Part shown: positions 42,273-53,146 of the stretch, piece by piece
Layout of the letters: each line of letters begins with the position of its first letter
How positions within the stretch are numbered: position 1 is the first letter of the stretch
DNA from: Thermodesulfobacteriota bacterium
Lineage (GTDB): Bacteria; Desulfobacterota_D; UBA1144; Nemesobacterales; JAJCZQ01
Assembly: GCA_965215275.1 (NCBI GenBank)
Contig: OZ244044.1
Span: 1,152,001-1,216,000 of the forward strand
Direction of reading: 5' to 3'
DNA: 64,000 nt
Program-made: the position numbers and the translations under genes
Notes under the pieces: generated by a model
Database searches by the model: none
What the model was told of the DNA's origin: nothing
Seen by the model: the letters and a program-made list of their open reading frames with translations, nothing else

Positions 42273-42530
42273 AATATTTTTACCCCTTGCGTGATTTTAT
42301 AAGCTAAATTATAAGCCGTTGAAAGTTTCTACACAACAGCTAACAATATCATATAATTTGCCAATTCTTCAAGATATTTATAAAACCTATTGACAAAATC
42401 AATAATTAGAGTGGATAATAGTAGTAAGTATTAGCAAGAGTGCTTTAAATACCGTTCTGAACGACCTCTTCTCACGTATGTTTGCAAACATTGATTGTAG
42501 ATTAATAATTTTTTAAGGATTTCAACCATT

Positions 42531-43874
42531 ATGACTAAAGATACCAAATTACATCCAAAGACCAAAGACGACCAGAATGGAAAGAACGTTTCTTCTGAAG
42601 TTATGGACAAATCTCCCAAACTGATCAGTCTGAACGAACTCAGGAAAATAAAGAATTCCGATATTATAAAAATGGCCAGGGAATCCGGGGTCGAAGACGT
42701 TTCAAGAATGACGAAGCAGGACGCAATATACGCAATATTAAAGGCACAAAGCAACAGGCAAGGCGGAATTATCGTAGCAGAAGGGGTGCTTGAAATACTG
42801 TCCGAAGGTTATGGTTTTCTACGCTCACCCAAATACAGCTACCTTCCCGGTCCCGATGACATCTACGTGTCCAAATCCCAGATACGCTCGTTTAACTTAA
42901 AAACAGGAGATACCGTAAGTGGACAGGTAAGACTTCCCAGAGATGGAGAAAAGAACCTGGCCCTGCTTAAGATCGAGGCCATAAACTACAGGCCGCCGGA
43001 AGAATCACGGGAACGAAATCCGTTTGAAAGCCTCGTACCGCTCCATCCTGAGGAAAAACTCGTACTGGAGTACAACAAAGGTGAATTCAGCACGAGAATA
43101 ATGGACCTTTTCATACCGATCGGTAAAGGACAGAGGGCCCTGATCGTTGCTCCGCCAAGAACTGGAAAGACCATACTGCTTCAGAGACTTGCAAATGCCA
43201 TAACTGACAACAACCCGGAGGTAAAACTCATAGTCCTTCTGATAGATGAAAGACCCGAAGAAGTAACCGATATGCAAAGGTCGGTCGTAGGGGAAGTGGT
43301 AAGTTCCACGTTCGACGAACCTTCCCAGAGGCATATACAGGTCGCAGACATGGTACTTGAAAAAGCTAAAAGATACGTTGAGGACAAACAGGACGTGATA
43401 ATCCTGCTTGACAGTCTTACCAGACTTGCAAGAGCGAGCAACACCGTAACGCCGGCAAGCGGCAGAGTTCTGTCCGGCGGTATGGAGGCAAACGCACTTC
43501 AAAGGCCAAAGAGATTTTTCGGTGCCGCAAGAAACACCGAGGAAGGAGGCAGTCTGACCATTATCGCCACAGCGCTCATTGACACGGGCAGCAGAATGGA
43601 CGAGGTGATCTTTGAAGAATTCAAAGGTACCGGTAACATGGAAGTTTATCTGGACAGACGGCTTGCTGATAAAAGGGTCTTTCCCGCCATTGATCTGCAA
43701 AGGTCCGGAACCAGAAAAGAAGAGCTTTTATTAAGCGAAGACGAACTCCAAAGGGTATGGCTCCTGAGAAGGGTCCTGAATCCAATGAACACTACAGAGG
43801 CAATGGAATTTCTGCTTGACAAGATGAGAGGAAGCAAGTCCAACAAGGACTTTCTAAAACTGATGAACCAGTAG
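42531..43874 (+). CDS. rho: Transcription termination factor Rho
   Basis: [36 protein letters not shown]. Confidence 0.98.
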   Translation: MTKDTKLHPKTKDDQNGKNVSSEVMDKSPKLISLNELRKIKNSDIIKMARESGVEDVSRMTKQDAIYAILKAQSNRQGGIIVAEGVLEILSEGYGFLRSPKYSYLPGPDDIYVSKSQIRSFNLKTGDTVSGQVRLPRDGEKNLALLKIEAINYRPPEESRERNPFESLVPLHPEEKLVLEYNKGEFSTRIMDLFIPIGKGQRALIVAPPRTGKTILLQRLANAITDNNPEVKLIVLLIDERPEEVTDMQRSVVGEVVSSTFDEPSQRHIQVADMVLEKAKRYVEDKQDVIILLDSLTRLARASNTVTPASGRVLSGGMEANALQRPKRFFGAARNTEEGGSLTIIATALIDTGSRMDEVIFEEFKGTGNMEVYLDRRLADKRVFPAIDLQRSGTRKEELLLSEDELQRVWLLRRVLNPMNTTEAMEFLLDKMRGSKSNKDFLKLMNQ

Positions 43875-43879
43875 CACGG

Positions 43880-44191
43880 CTAATCGATCTTTACCAGAAT
43901 ATCGTTTTCTTCTACCTTTACTTCATAGGTCTCTATCGGTTCGATCGCAGGAAGACACATGGCTTCACCGGTCTTAACGTCGAACTCGGCCCCGTGATAA
44001 GCGCAGATCACTTTACCGTCCTCCATCTCTCCATCTGCAAGAGGTAAAAGTTCATGGCTGCATTCATCTCTGAACGCGTAAAGGTTATTATTTAAATTAC
44101 AGATCACCACAGGAACGTTGCGAACTAAAAAAGATTTCATCTCGCCATCCAGCACGTCCCCTGCATCTGCTACTTTATGGAACTTACTCAT
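43880..44191 (-). CDS. Rieske-type [2Fe-2S] ferredoxin
   Basis: CSH...CAYH motif; ATG 44191 overlaps the sufD stop. Confidence 0.9.
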   Translation of the reverse strand: MSKFHKVADAGDVLDGEMKSFLVRNVPVVICNLNNNLYAFRDECSHELLPLADGEMEDGKVICAYHGAEFDVKTGEAMCLPAIEPIETYEVKVEENDILVKID

Positions 44192-45524
44192 TACCGCTAC
44201 CCCTGCTGTCAAACCATTCACTTGCGGTTTTTTCCATTTCCGTCCTTATAGCGTCTATTTCCATATTGGCAAAGTTCTCCTTTGTAAAACCTTTCAGCAT
44301 GATCGCCTGTGCCTCGCTCTGGGAAATCCCTCTGGACCTGAGATAAAATATCGCGTTCTCATCCATCTGCCCTATGGTCGCACCGTGAGTACACTTCACG
44401 TCATCATTATATATCTCAAGTTGAGGCTTTGTATCTATCTGAGCGGTATCGGACAAAAGCAGATTCTTATTACTTTGCTTGGCATCGGTCTTTTCAGCAC
44501 CTTCATGAACGATTATCCTTCCATGGAACACGCCCCTGGACCTGTCATCTAAAACGCCGTTATAGAACTGTCTGCTGTCACAGTTGGGGCTTTTATGCTC
44601 AACTTTCATAAAATTATCCATCTGCTGTCTGCCGTTTGACATATAAAGACCGTTTATCAGAGAATTACAACCTTGCCCGTTTAAAACCGGGTGCACGTTG
44701 TTCCTCACTATGGCACCACCAAACAGAACAGAATGAGAGTTAAGATTACTGCTTCTCTGCTGTTCGACCCTCAGTGTTGAGACGTTGTAGGACAGTCTGC
44801 TTTCAAACTCGAGCATGTAATGCTCAAGGACGCTGTTCTCTCCAACGAAGATCTCAGACACGACGTTTGAAAAATAAGCTGCCTCCGAAAGCGAAACGTA
44901 ATGCTCTATTACCTTCAGCTCACAGCTGTCACCGATCACTATAAGGTTTCTCGGATTCACGATCGCCTGCTCGTTACCCGTTGAGATATAAATGGAATGT
45001 ATCGGGACGTCAAGAACGGTGCGGCTGGGAACGTAAACAAACGTGCCATCTTGAAAAAGAGCCGTATTTAAAGCGTTAAACGCTTCCGTCCTGGTGGTCA
45101 GCAATTTGCCGAAATGATCAGAAACTATACCATCGCCGTTTAAAAACGCTTCGGACAAAGAAGATATTATTACTTTGTTCCGCACGCCTTTAAGATCTGA
45201 TATATCCTCTGCAAACTTACCGTTCACAAATACAAGCCTGTGAGAATCCATGGGCTTGAACGATAATTTTTCAATACGCTTTGAAGTCACGCTGCCGCCG
45301 GGCTTGTCGTACAGGGTGAATTCAGACCTTGAGATCGGAGCCAGATTAGTAAATTTCCAATCTTCGTCCAGCAGAGTAGGAAATCCCAGTCTGCAGAAAT
45401 CGTTCATTGCATCCTCTCTGAGCAGTTTAACGTAGCTCGGATGCTTATCTATTCCGTCACTTTTTTTAAACTCGTTAAAACCCTGAAGATAGCCTGTAAT
45501 TTCAGGACCGAACTTGATCGACAT
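44184..45524 (-). CDS. sufD: Fe-S assembly protein SufD
   Basis: EDWKFT, KPQLEIYNDDVKCTHGATIG, FYLRSRG. Confidence 0.95.
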   Translation of the reverse strand: MSIKFGPEITGYLQGFNEFKKSDGIDKHPSYVKLLREDAMNDFCRLGFPTLLDEDWKFTNLAPISRSEFTLYDKPGGSVTSKRIEKLSFKPMDSHRLVFVNGKFAEDISDLKGVRNKVIISSLSEAFLNGDGIVSDHFGKLLTTRTEAFNALNTALFQDGTFVYVPSRTVLDVPIHSIYISTGNEQAIVNPRNLIVIGDSCELKVIEHYVSLSEAAYFSNVVSEIFVGENSVLEHYMLEFESRLSYNVSTLRVEQQRSSNLNSHSVLFGGAIVRNNVHPVLNGQGCNSLINGLYMSNGRQQMDNFMKVEHKSPNCDSRQFYNGVLDDRSRGVFHGRIIVHEGAEKTDAKQSNKNLLLSDTAQIDTKPQLEIYNDDVKCTHGATIGQMDENAIFYLRSRGISQSEAQAIMLKGFTKENFANMEIDAIRTEMEKTASEWFDSRGSGNE

Positions 45525-45537
45525 CTACACGTACTCC

Positions 45538-46287
45538 TTAAGCAGCGTCCTTTTCCACCCAGCCGTAGCCCTGCTCTTCAAGTTCAAGGGCAAGGTCCTT
45601 ATCACCGGACTTCACGATCTTTCCATCGACCAGAACGTGGACGAAATCAGGAACAATATAGTTCAAAAGCCTTTGATAGTGGGTAATGACAAGAAAAGCC
45701 CTCTCCTTACTTCTCATTGAGTTCACACCTTCTGCCACGATCTTCAGTGCGTCAATATCAAGACCTGAATCCGTTTCATCCAAGATGGACAGTTTAGGTT
45801 CCAGTATCTGCATCTGAAATATTTCATTTCGCTTTTTCTCTCCTCCGGAAAACCCTTCGTTCACGGACCTTTTCAGAAGTTCATTATCCATTCCAAGATC
45901 TTCCATCTTCTTTCTTGCCATTTTACCGAACTCAACGTGCTTGAGAGGCTTTTCACCTCTGTATTTTCTGATCGAATTCAGAGCTTCCCTCAGCAGATAG
46001 GTGTTTGCAACCCCTGGGATCTCAACCGGGTACTGAAAAGCAAGAAATATCCCCTCGCATGCCCTTTCCTCAGGATCAAGTTCCAGCATGTCCTTACCTT
46101 CAAATAATATCTCCCCTTCCGTTACCTCATAAGAATCCTTACCGGCAAGTACTTGGGCAAGCGTGCTTTTACCGGATCCGTTCGGTCCCATGATGGAGTG
46201 GACCTCCCCTTTATTTATCGTCAGATTTAACCCTTTTAATATCGTCTTATCTTCAATTTGAACGTGTAAGTTCCTTATCTCAAGCAT
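45538..46287 (-). CDS. sufC: Fe-S assembly ATPase SufC
   Basis: [29 protein letters not shown]. Confidence 0.97.
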   Translation of the reverse strand: MLEIRNLHVQIEDKTILKGLNLTINKGEVHSIMGPNGSGKSTLAQVLAGKDSYEVTEGEILFEGKDMLELDPEERACEGIFLAFQYPVEIPGVANTYLLREALNSIRKYRGEKPLKHVEFGKMARKKMEDLGMDNELLKRSVNEGFSGGEKKRNEIFQMQILEPKLSILDETDSGLDIDALKIVAEGVNSMRSKERAFLVITHYQRLLNYIVPDFVHVLVDGKIVKSGDKDLALELEEQGYGWVEKDAA

Positions 46288-46333
46288 TTAAAACTCTCCT
46301 GAATAATATTAACTTGTGGAAAAATAAAATGGA

Positions 46334-47770
46334 TCAGCCAACGCTGCCTTCAAGGCTGACACTCAGAAGCTTTTCGGCTTCAACGGCAAACTCAAATGGA
46401 AGTTCCTTGAACACCTCTTTGCAAAATCCGTTAACGATCAGCGAAACGGCATCCTCAGCGGACAACCCCCTCTGCTGGCAATAAAATATCTGATCCTCGC
46501 CAATTTTCGAGGTGGAAGCTTCATGCTCCATGTGAGCGGTAGAGTTCTTAACTTCAATATAGGGAAAAGTATGAGCACCACACCTGTCACCTATGAGCAT
46601 AGAGTCACACTGTGTGTAGTTCCTGGCGTTATCGGCATTTTTGCCTATATCAACGAGGCCTCTGTAGGTATTCTGTCCATAACCCGCAGATATTCCCTTT
46701 GAAACTATCGTGCTGGTGGTACCCTTGCCTGCATGGATCATCTTTGTTCCCGTGTCAGCCTGCTGATGCCTGTTCGTAAGGGCCACGGAATAAAACTCTC
46801 CCACCGAATTATCTCCCTCCAGGATACAGCTTGGATACTTCCAGGTGATTGCCGAACCCGTTTCAACCTGCGTCCATGAGATCCTTGAACTGCTTCCCAC
46901 GCAGCGCCCGCGTTTTGTTACAAAGTTATAAATGCCCCCTTTTCCATTTTTGTCCCCTGGATACCAGTTTTGAATCGTTGAATATTTTATCGTTGCATCC
47001 TTGTGGGCCACAAGTTCCACCACTGCCGCGTGAAGCTGGTTCTGATCCCTTTGAGGAGCCGTGCATCCCTCAAGGTAGCTTACATGGCTTCCCTCCTCAG
47101 CCACGATCAACGTCCTTTCGAACTGTCCTGTATTTTCAGCGTTGATCCTGAAATACGTTGAGAGTTCCATAGGACATCTGACCCCTTTTGGCACGTATAC
47201 GAAAGAACCATCAGTGAACACGGCGGAATTCAGCGCTGCGTAAAAGTTATCTCTGCGAGGCACAACGTACCCCAGATATTTCCGTACAAGTTCCGGATGT
47301 TCCTGCACTGCCTCTGATATCGAACAGAATATCACTCCCTCTTCGGCTAGTTTTTCCTTGAAAGTCGTTATTACCGACACGCTGTCAAAAACCGCATCCA
47401 CTGCAACTCCGGCCAGCATTTTCTGTTCTTCCAGCGGTATTCCGAGCTTATCGTAGGTTTCCTTGATCTCAGGGTCGATCTCGTCCAGGCTTTTCGGAGC
47501 TGGGTTATTTTTAGGGACGGCGTAATAGCTTATATCATTAAAGTCGATTTTGGGGTACTTGATAAAAGCCCACTTGGGCTCTTTCATCTTAAGCCAGTGC
47601 TTATAAGCTTCAAGCCTCCAGTCCAGAAGCCATTGAGGTTCGTTCTTCTTGGAGGATATCAGTTTTATCACATCTTCGCTGATCCCCTTTGGAGCGATCT
47701 CCTGCTCCACGTCCGTCGTAAAGCCATATTTATATTCCTGCTTTGCTAATTCTTCAAAATCAATGCTCAT
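46334..47770 (-). CDS. sufB: Fe-S assembly protein SufB
   Basis: [30 protein letters not shown]. Confidence 0.97.
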   Translation of the reverse strand: MSIDFEELAKQEYKYGFTTDVEQEIAPKGISEDVIKLISSKKNEPQWLLDWRLEAYKHWLKMKEPKWAFIKYPKIDFNDISYYAVPKNNPAPKSLDEIDPEIKETYDKLGIPLEEQKMLAGVAVDAVFDSVSVITTFKEKLAEEGVIFCSISEAVQEHPELVRKYLGYVVPRRDNFYAALNSAVFTDGSFVYVPKGVRCPMELSTYFRINAENTGQFERTLIVAEEGSHVSYLEGCTAPQRDQNQLHAAVVELVAHKDATIKYSTIQNWYPGDKNGKGGIYNFVTKRGRCVGSSSRISWTQVETGSAITWKYPSCILEGDNSVGEFYSVALTNRHQQADTGTKMIHAGKGTTSTIVSKGISAGYGQNTYRGLVDIGKNADNARNYTQCDSMLIGDRCGAHTFPYIEVKNSTAHMEHEASTSKIGEDQIFYCQQRGLSAEDAVSLIVNGFCKEVFKELPFEFAVEAEKLLSVSLEGSVG

Positions 47771-47784
47771 TTACAAACCTCGTA

Positions 47785-48201
47785 TTAATGCTTTTCCGAA
47801 CCACCTTGGTTCAGAAGGTCCTGCAGCTTTGTATTTTCCAGAAGCTTTATCATAGAGACCTTCAGTTTATCCCAGACCGGAAGCTGCGTGCAGTTTTCGT
47901 AAAGTGCACATACGCTCTCCTGGTCCATGCAGTCTATAACCCTTATTTCACCTTCCACCGCTTCATAAATGTCCTTCAGACTTATCTCGTCGGGACTTTT
48001 GTCAAGAAAATAACCACCTTCCCGGCCAACCACCGACCTTACAAGCCCCCTTTCCACAAGGCGTCTCATTATCTTTGCCAGATAGTTCTGCGGAATATGC
48101 TGGGCCTGGGATATTTCCTCCATGTTCATACGGGAAACCTCATGATTTCCCATATAGATCAAGGACCTGACCGCATAATCAAGTGTTCTGCTTACCTGCA
48201 T
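47785..48201 (-). CDS. Rrf2-family Fe-S transcriptional regulator
   Basis: DYAVR, G.EGGY.L, C-X6-C-X5-C; ATG 48201 preceded by GAGG. Confidence 0.9.
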   Translation of the reverse strand: MQVSRTLDYAVRSLIYMGNHEVSRMNMEEISQAQHIPQNYLAKIMRRLVERGLVRSVVGREGGYFLDKSPDEISLKDIYEAVEGEIRVIDCMDQESVCALYENCTQLPVWDKLKVSMIKLLENTKLQDLLNQGGSEKH

Positions 48202-48372
48202 TGTAACTGCAACCTCAAAATACCGATGATAATATAATAAAGTAACCACTTATATAAGGTCTTGTCAACCTGTCTCCACAGATCGGCCGTTACGGATAAA
48301 CGCAGCAAGTGTTCCTTTAACATGTGTATAAGCTGACTGGATACCGTTTACCAGTTCCCGTAATAATAACAA

Positions 48373-48401
48373 TTGACTTAATGGTTATTGTCCCATACAA
48401 T
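48373..48401 (+). promoter_or_regulatory. Sigma70-type promoter upstream of thiL
   Basis: TTGACT-N17-TACAAT. Confidence 0.6.
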
Positions 48402-48517
48402 TTCTATAAACTGACCTATGAGCAGATCTGAACCCTATAAGCGAAGGTTAAGATTCAAGACCCATTCAAAACCCGTGTCCATCCGTCCATTCTTTATTAT
48501 CATTAAGGATAGGTTTA

Positions 48518-49495
48518 ATGTTTAACGAGACCGACGTTCTCAAAGAACTAAAAGAAAGATTCAGACCCAGTTCGGAAGATGTACTTATAGGCATAGGTGA
48601 TGACTGTGCTGCAATAAGATCAGATGCAAACGACCTTCTGCTCATATCCACTGACTCACTGGTCGAAGACGTTCATTTCCTAAAACCTTATTTCAAGCCG
48701 GAGGAGATAGCAAAAAGATCCGTAGCCGTTTCTATAAGCGATATCGCTTCCATGGGAGGCAGACCGAGGTTCATACTTTCCACGATCGGTTTTCCAAAAT
48801 GCTCGGACAGGAACCTTGTGGACGGACTACTGAAGGGTATTGAAAACTCCTGCGAACTTTACAACGTGGACCTGATAGGCGGGAACGTAACGAGCAGCAA
48901 AGAACTCTTTTTAAATATAACGATCATTGGACAAACGGAAAAAGACAGGGTCGTCAGAAGGAGCGGCGCTAAAGCAGAGGATCTGGTTTTCGTGACGGGG
49001 AACCTTGGAGATTCGGCACTGGGACTAAAGGTCTTACGATCAGAAGAAAAGATCGAAGACAGAACTGTAATAAACGCTCATAAAGACCCTCGGCCCAGGA
49101 TCAAGGTCGGCAGAGAGTTATCAAGGTCAGGTCTTGCAAGCTCAATGATAGACGTCAGTGACGGATTACTGATCGATCTTGAAAGAATAACAACGGAGCA
49201 GGGCGTAGGAGCTGAAATATACGCTGAGAACGTTCCTTTATCCGCTTCCTACCTGAGTTTGATCTCAAGATTTGAAAAGGACCCGCTCAGACTGGCACTT
49301 ACAGGCGGTGAAGACTACGAGCTTTTATTTACGTCCCCACCTGACCGCAGGGATAAAATAAAGGAACTGGAAATATCCACTGGCACCCGGATCTCGGAGA
49401 TCGGGACCGTCGTTCGTGAGAAGAAAGTAAAACTCTTTGATAAGGGAGGAAACACTTTAAGCTACAGAAAAAGTGGTTTTGTACACGCCTTATAG
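48518..49495 (+). CDS. thiL: Thiamine-monophosphate kinase
   Basis: GIGDDCA, SDIASMG, IDVSDGL, GGEDYELLF. Confidence 0.95.
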   Translation: MFNETDVLKELKERFRPSSEDVLIGIGDDCAAIRSDANDLLLISTDSLVEDVHFLKPYFKPEEIAKRSVAVSISDIASMGGRPRFILSTIGFPKCSDRNLVDGLLKGIENSCELYNVDLIGGNVTSSKELFLNITIIGQTEKDRVVRRSGAKAEDLVFVTGNLGDSALGLKVLRSEEKIEDRTVINAHKDPRPRIKVGRELSRSGLASSMIDVSDGLLIDLERITTEQGVGAEIYAENVPLSASYLSLISRFEKDPLRLALTGGEDYELLFTSPPDRRDKIKELEISTGTRISEIGTVVREKKVKLFDKGGNTLSYRKSGFVHAL

Positions 49496-49498
49496 TTA

Positions 49499-50857
49499 AT
49501 GGACGCACCTTTAATTTATAATTTAATCCTCATAGTTCTGCTGCTGCTGAGCTCAGCTTTTTTCTGCTTTGCCGAAGGTTCTTTATTTGCTCTGGGCAGA
49601 CATCAGAAGCAAAAACTGTTCAAGGAAGACACAAGAAGCAGCAGGATAATCAAAAACCTGCTCAGCAATCCTGTTAAGCTCATAGTCACGATCCTTTTTG
49701 CCGACGAGGTCGTCAACGTGGCATTTTCAAGCATTGTCGGTCTTACGGTCCAGAGTTTAATGACAGAATCGTCCGAGAAGACAGTTACCATCGTCTCAAT
49801 AGCCATTGCATCACCCACTCTGTTGATCATGGGTGAGATCGGACCGAAGACCATCGCCGTAAAATTTCCCCGCGTCATAGCAAGAGCAGTTGCCTACCCG
49901 CTGCACGTTTTCCACGTACTGATCACACCTGTCAGATGGGTCATTATGTTAATATCCACAGGGTTTACCAGACTTCTTGGCGGGAAGGTCGGACATGAGG
50001 ACAGCAGCGGCTTCTCGGCTGACGAACTGAAAATACTGCTCGGGATAGGTAACGAAGAGGGTGTACTGAACGAAGTCGAAAACAACCTTGTCAGCAGTTT
50101 TTACAAACTGGAGAACCTTCCGGTCCATAAGATAATGACACCGAACGTTGACTGTTTTATGCTCTCTTCCAGACAAAGCGTTAAAAAATCGATCTATGAG
50201 ATAAAAAAAAGAGGGTACTCAAGAACACCCGTGTACGAGGATGATGACGTCAACAATATTATAGGGATCCTGTTCATCAAGGACCTGCTGACCTCAAACG
50301 CACTCAGTATTGACGATGGTGCCTGTTCAATAAAAAAATACCTGAAGAGACCACAGTTCATTCCCAGGACCAAAATGGCATTTAATCTGCTCAGGGAATT
50401 CCAGAAAGACCGTAACCACATAGCGATCGTCGTGGATGAATACGGGCGGATGGACGGGATCGTCACGTTAGAAGATATACTTGAAGAACTTTTCGGAAAT
50501 ATTGAAGATGAGACCCACCTTGACGCCAGACCGAAAGCCAAGATATCGAACCGGAGCGTAACGGTTCCGGGAACCATGAAAATAGATGAGTTTAACAGCA
50601 ACTATCTGTTTATGGTCACGCGATACGGAGGGCTGAACAAACTGGACGAAAATATCAGAAAATCCGTTTTACCCGCTGAAGAAGAACATGAGACCTTAGG
50701 AGGGTTCATCTTTGACCTTTTCGGACGTTTTCCCACCGAGGGACAGAGCATTGATCATGGCAGTCTTCGTTTTAAGGTCTTAAAAATACACAAAAAAAGG
50801 ATCGCAGAGATAAAAGTAGAGATAGCAGAATCGGAGGTGGCATCCCATGTCGCTTGA
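49499..50857 (+). CDS. CNNM/CBS/CorC-HlyC (hemolysin C-like) transporter
   Basis: N-terminal DUF21-like TMs, [19 protein letters not shown]. Confidence 0.9.
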   Translation: MDAPLIYNLILIVLLLLSSAFFCFAEGSLFALGRHQKQKLFKEDTRSSRIIKNLLSNPVKLIVTILFADEVVNVAFSSIVGLTVQSLMTESSEKTVTIVSIAIASPTLLIMGEIGPKTIAVKFPRVIARAVAYPLHVFHVLITPVRWVIMLISTGFTRLLGGKVGHEDSSGFSADELKILLGIGNEEGVLNEVENNLVSSFYKLENLPVHKIMTPNVDCFMLSSRQSVKKSIYEIKKRGYSRTPVYEDDDVNNIIGILFIKDLLTSNALSIDDGACSIKKYLKRPQFIPRTKMAFNLLREFQKDRNHIAIVVDEYGRMDGIVTLEDILEELFGNIEDETHLDARPKAKISNRSVTVPGTMKIDEFNSNYLFMVTRYGGLNKLDENIRKSVLPAEEEHETLGGFIFDLFGRFPTEGQSIDHGSLRFKVLKIHKKRIAEIKVEIAESEVASHVA

Positions 50858-52073
50858 GATGGTAGTGCTCTCCATCTGTTCCCTTGTAATGCTGCAGGCC
50901 TTTTTTGCCGGTTCTGAGATCGCGCTGATCTCCTGCGACAAGATAAAGATGAGGTTCCTTGCAGAACGTGGCTCAAAAGGTGCAAGGCTCGTGCTGAACG
51001 CCTACAGTGAGATCGATAAGTTCCTTGGAACTTCACTTATCGGGATCAACCTGGCGCTCATTACGGCAACCTTGTTGCTTACGTTCTACATTGAACGCGA
51101 GTACGGTAACAGCAGCGAACTGTACACCGCTCTGATCCTGTCACCGATCATAGTGATATTCGGACAGGTAGTTCCAAAGTCGGTCTTTCAAAGTAACAGC
51201 AACAGGATAATCCTCTGGGTCATCTACCCGCTCTGGGTAGCTTCAAAGATACTTTTTCCGGTCCTCGTTATTGTAAGACTGTTTACTCAGACGGCTTTAA
51301 AGATCACAGGTGCAAAGCAGAACTCAAGTATTACCAGGGACGAACTTCTGGACGTTATATCAGGCGACAAGAACAGTCAGATCGACGAAGCTCGCTCTCT
51401 GCTTCTGAAAAGGATATTCAGGTTCTCGGAAAAAACGGTGGACGAGATAATGATCCCGCTCGTCAACCTTAAAATGCTGGATCAGAACGCGACCGTTGAG
51501 GACGCAATAAAGTTAATAAAGGAAACCGGACACACCAGGATACCTGTCTACAGTGAACGGATCGATAATGTAACGGCGCTGCTTCATTCGTTCTATCTGA
51601 TAGGGGACGTGGACACTGAAGTTCCTGTAAAAAAATATGCTCTGAAACCGTTTTACGTACCTAAATCAAAACTGGTCAGTGAACTGCTTGATGAAATGAA
51701 ACAGGGAAGGACCGGAATGGCAATAGTCGCTGATGAATACGGCGGTACCGTCGGGGCCATTACACTTGAGGACATACTGGAGGAAGTCGTTGGTGAGATC
51801 GAGGACGAGCACGATATGGACGTAAATCTGTGGAGAAAAACAGCGGACAATAACTACCTGATAAACCCGATCATAGAGATCGATCAGATCAACAACGATA
51901 TAGGACTTGGTATACCGGAAGGGGAGGACTATGATACACTTGGCGGGTTCCTGCTATACAGATATGGTTCCTTTCCGGAAGTCGGTGAGAAAATAGTATT
52001 TAAGAATCTGGTCTTCGAGATAAGTAAGGCCACTTCCAGATCGGTAGAGGAAGTAAGGCTTACCGTGAAATAA
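50847..52073 (+). CDS. CNNM/CBS/CorC-HlyC transporter, second paralog
   Basis: [32 protein letters not shown]. Confidence 0.9.
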   Translation: MSLEMVVLSICSLVMLQAFFAGSEIALISCDKIKMRFLAERGSKGARLVLNAYSEIDKFLGTSLIGINLALITATLLLTFYIEREYGNSSELYTALILSPIIVIFGQVVPKSVFQSNSNRIILWVIYPLWVASKILFPVLVIVRLFTQTALKITGAKQNSSITRDELLDVISGDKNSQIDEARSLLLKRIFRFSEKTVDEIMIPLVNLKMLDQNATVEDAIKLIKETGHTRIPVYSERIDNVTALLHSFYLIGDVDTEVPVKKYALKPFYVPKSKLVSELLDEMKQGRTGMAIVADEYGGTVGAITLEDILEEVVGEIEDEHDMDVNLWRKTADNNYLINPIIEIDQINNDIGLGIPEGEDYDTLGGFLLYRYGSFPEVGEKIVFKNLVFEISKATSRSVEEVRLTVK

Positions 52074-52088
52074 CCGGCCCTGTATCCT

Positions 52089-52682
52089 TTACGTTCTGCT
52101 TTTCAAGACGTGCCTTCTTATTATTTTTTCATACGTCTGCGCTGACTGTGCCCCGTGCACCCTGAAATCACCGAAGTAAACCGTCGGCACGCCTATCACC
52201 ATACTTTCCCGTGCTGACCTTTTATTGCTTTCCACAAGTTCTCTCATAGCTCCCGACCTGAGCTTTTCTTCAAGATCTTCGGTGTTCAGACCGATCTTTT
52301 TGCTGATATTCAATACTACGTCCAATCTGCCGATGTTCTCCCTTTTGAAAAAGTAATGATCAAAAACCTCGTCATGAAACTGCATGAACCTGCCTTTGCT
52401 TTTAGCATATTCAGATGCTTCAAGGCAAAGTCTGGTACTGGTTACGAACCCGGGAAGCTTGATCTCCATACCATCCTGACCGGCAATCTCACAGAGCGTT
52501 CGTTGCAGATGTTCCGTTCTGGGGGTTCTTTTCCTTTTTATTCCCTCGGAGCTGTATTCAGGATGGATCTCAATACCCTTCCAGTTGACCTCAAAAATCA
52601 ACTTATCCGACAGTTCTTGAATTCTTTTCGAACCCAGGTAGCAAAACGGGCACAGATAATCGTAATAAAAATCAATCGTCAT
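52089..52682 (-). CDS. DsbA/FrnE-family oxidoreductase
   Basis: DYLCPFCY, GVPT, GAQ. Confidence 0.85.
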   Translation of the reverse strand: MTIDFYYDYLCPFCYLGSKRIQELSDKLIFEVNWKGIEIHPEYSSEGIKRKRTPRTEHLQRTLCEIAGQDGMEIKLPGFVTSTRLCLEASEYAKSKGRFMQFHDEVFDHYFFKRENIGRLDVVLNISKKIGLNTEDLEEKLRSGAMRELVESNKRSARESMVIGVPTVYFGDFRVHGAQSAQTYEKIIRRHVLKSRT

Positions 52683-53145
52683 CCTGACCTCTTTCCATCA
52701 TGTAGATCACAGAACTTGAGGTCAGTCCCCTGTTCCGACCAACCGTCATTTTACTGTTACCTTTCTGATAAGTACTTATATTCTCGCCGCTTTTCATAAG
52801 ACTCCAGCCCGGCCTGTTCGATTCATCCAGATAAAATCCTTCAATCCCATCATCGGTTTTGACCTTGAATACCCATGTTGGGTTCTTACCCGTTCCAAAT
52901 GAAATACCCACGGTCTCAGTAATTTCCGGGTATGGAACAAAACCCGTTTGCAGCAGTCTGTCTTTTGCACTGCTTTGATAAAACAAAATGACTGCAAGAG
53001 CGGGAATTAATAAAAACCCCACGGATAAAAAGGACGCTCTTGCTATCCATGGAAATCTTCCGGCAGGGGCTTTATATCCAAGGTAGTAAGATATACCCAG
53101 CAGAATAAAAGCAAAAACCATCAGTAAAACAGTGGACTTTTCCAT
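52672..53145 (-). CDS. Hypothetical membrane protein
   Basis: Two N-terminal TM segments; coupled to its neighbours. Confidence 0.65.
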   Translation of the reverse strand: MEKSTVLLMVFAFILLGISYYLGYKAPAGRFPWIARASFLSVGFLLIPALAVILFYQSSAKDRLLQTGFVPYPEITETVGISFGTGKNPTWVFKVKTDDGIEGFYLDESNRPGWSLMKSGENISTYQKGNSKMTVGRNRGLTSSSVIYMMERGQDDD

Positions 53146-53146
53146 A

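Noticed and set aside
48270..48517. TPP riboswitch or 6S RNA upstream of thiL
   Set aside because: Lacks the CTGAGA and CCTGA..GATAAT.CCAGCG.AGG cores of TPP riboswitches and the long closing stem of 6S
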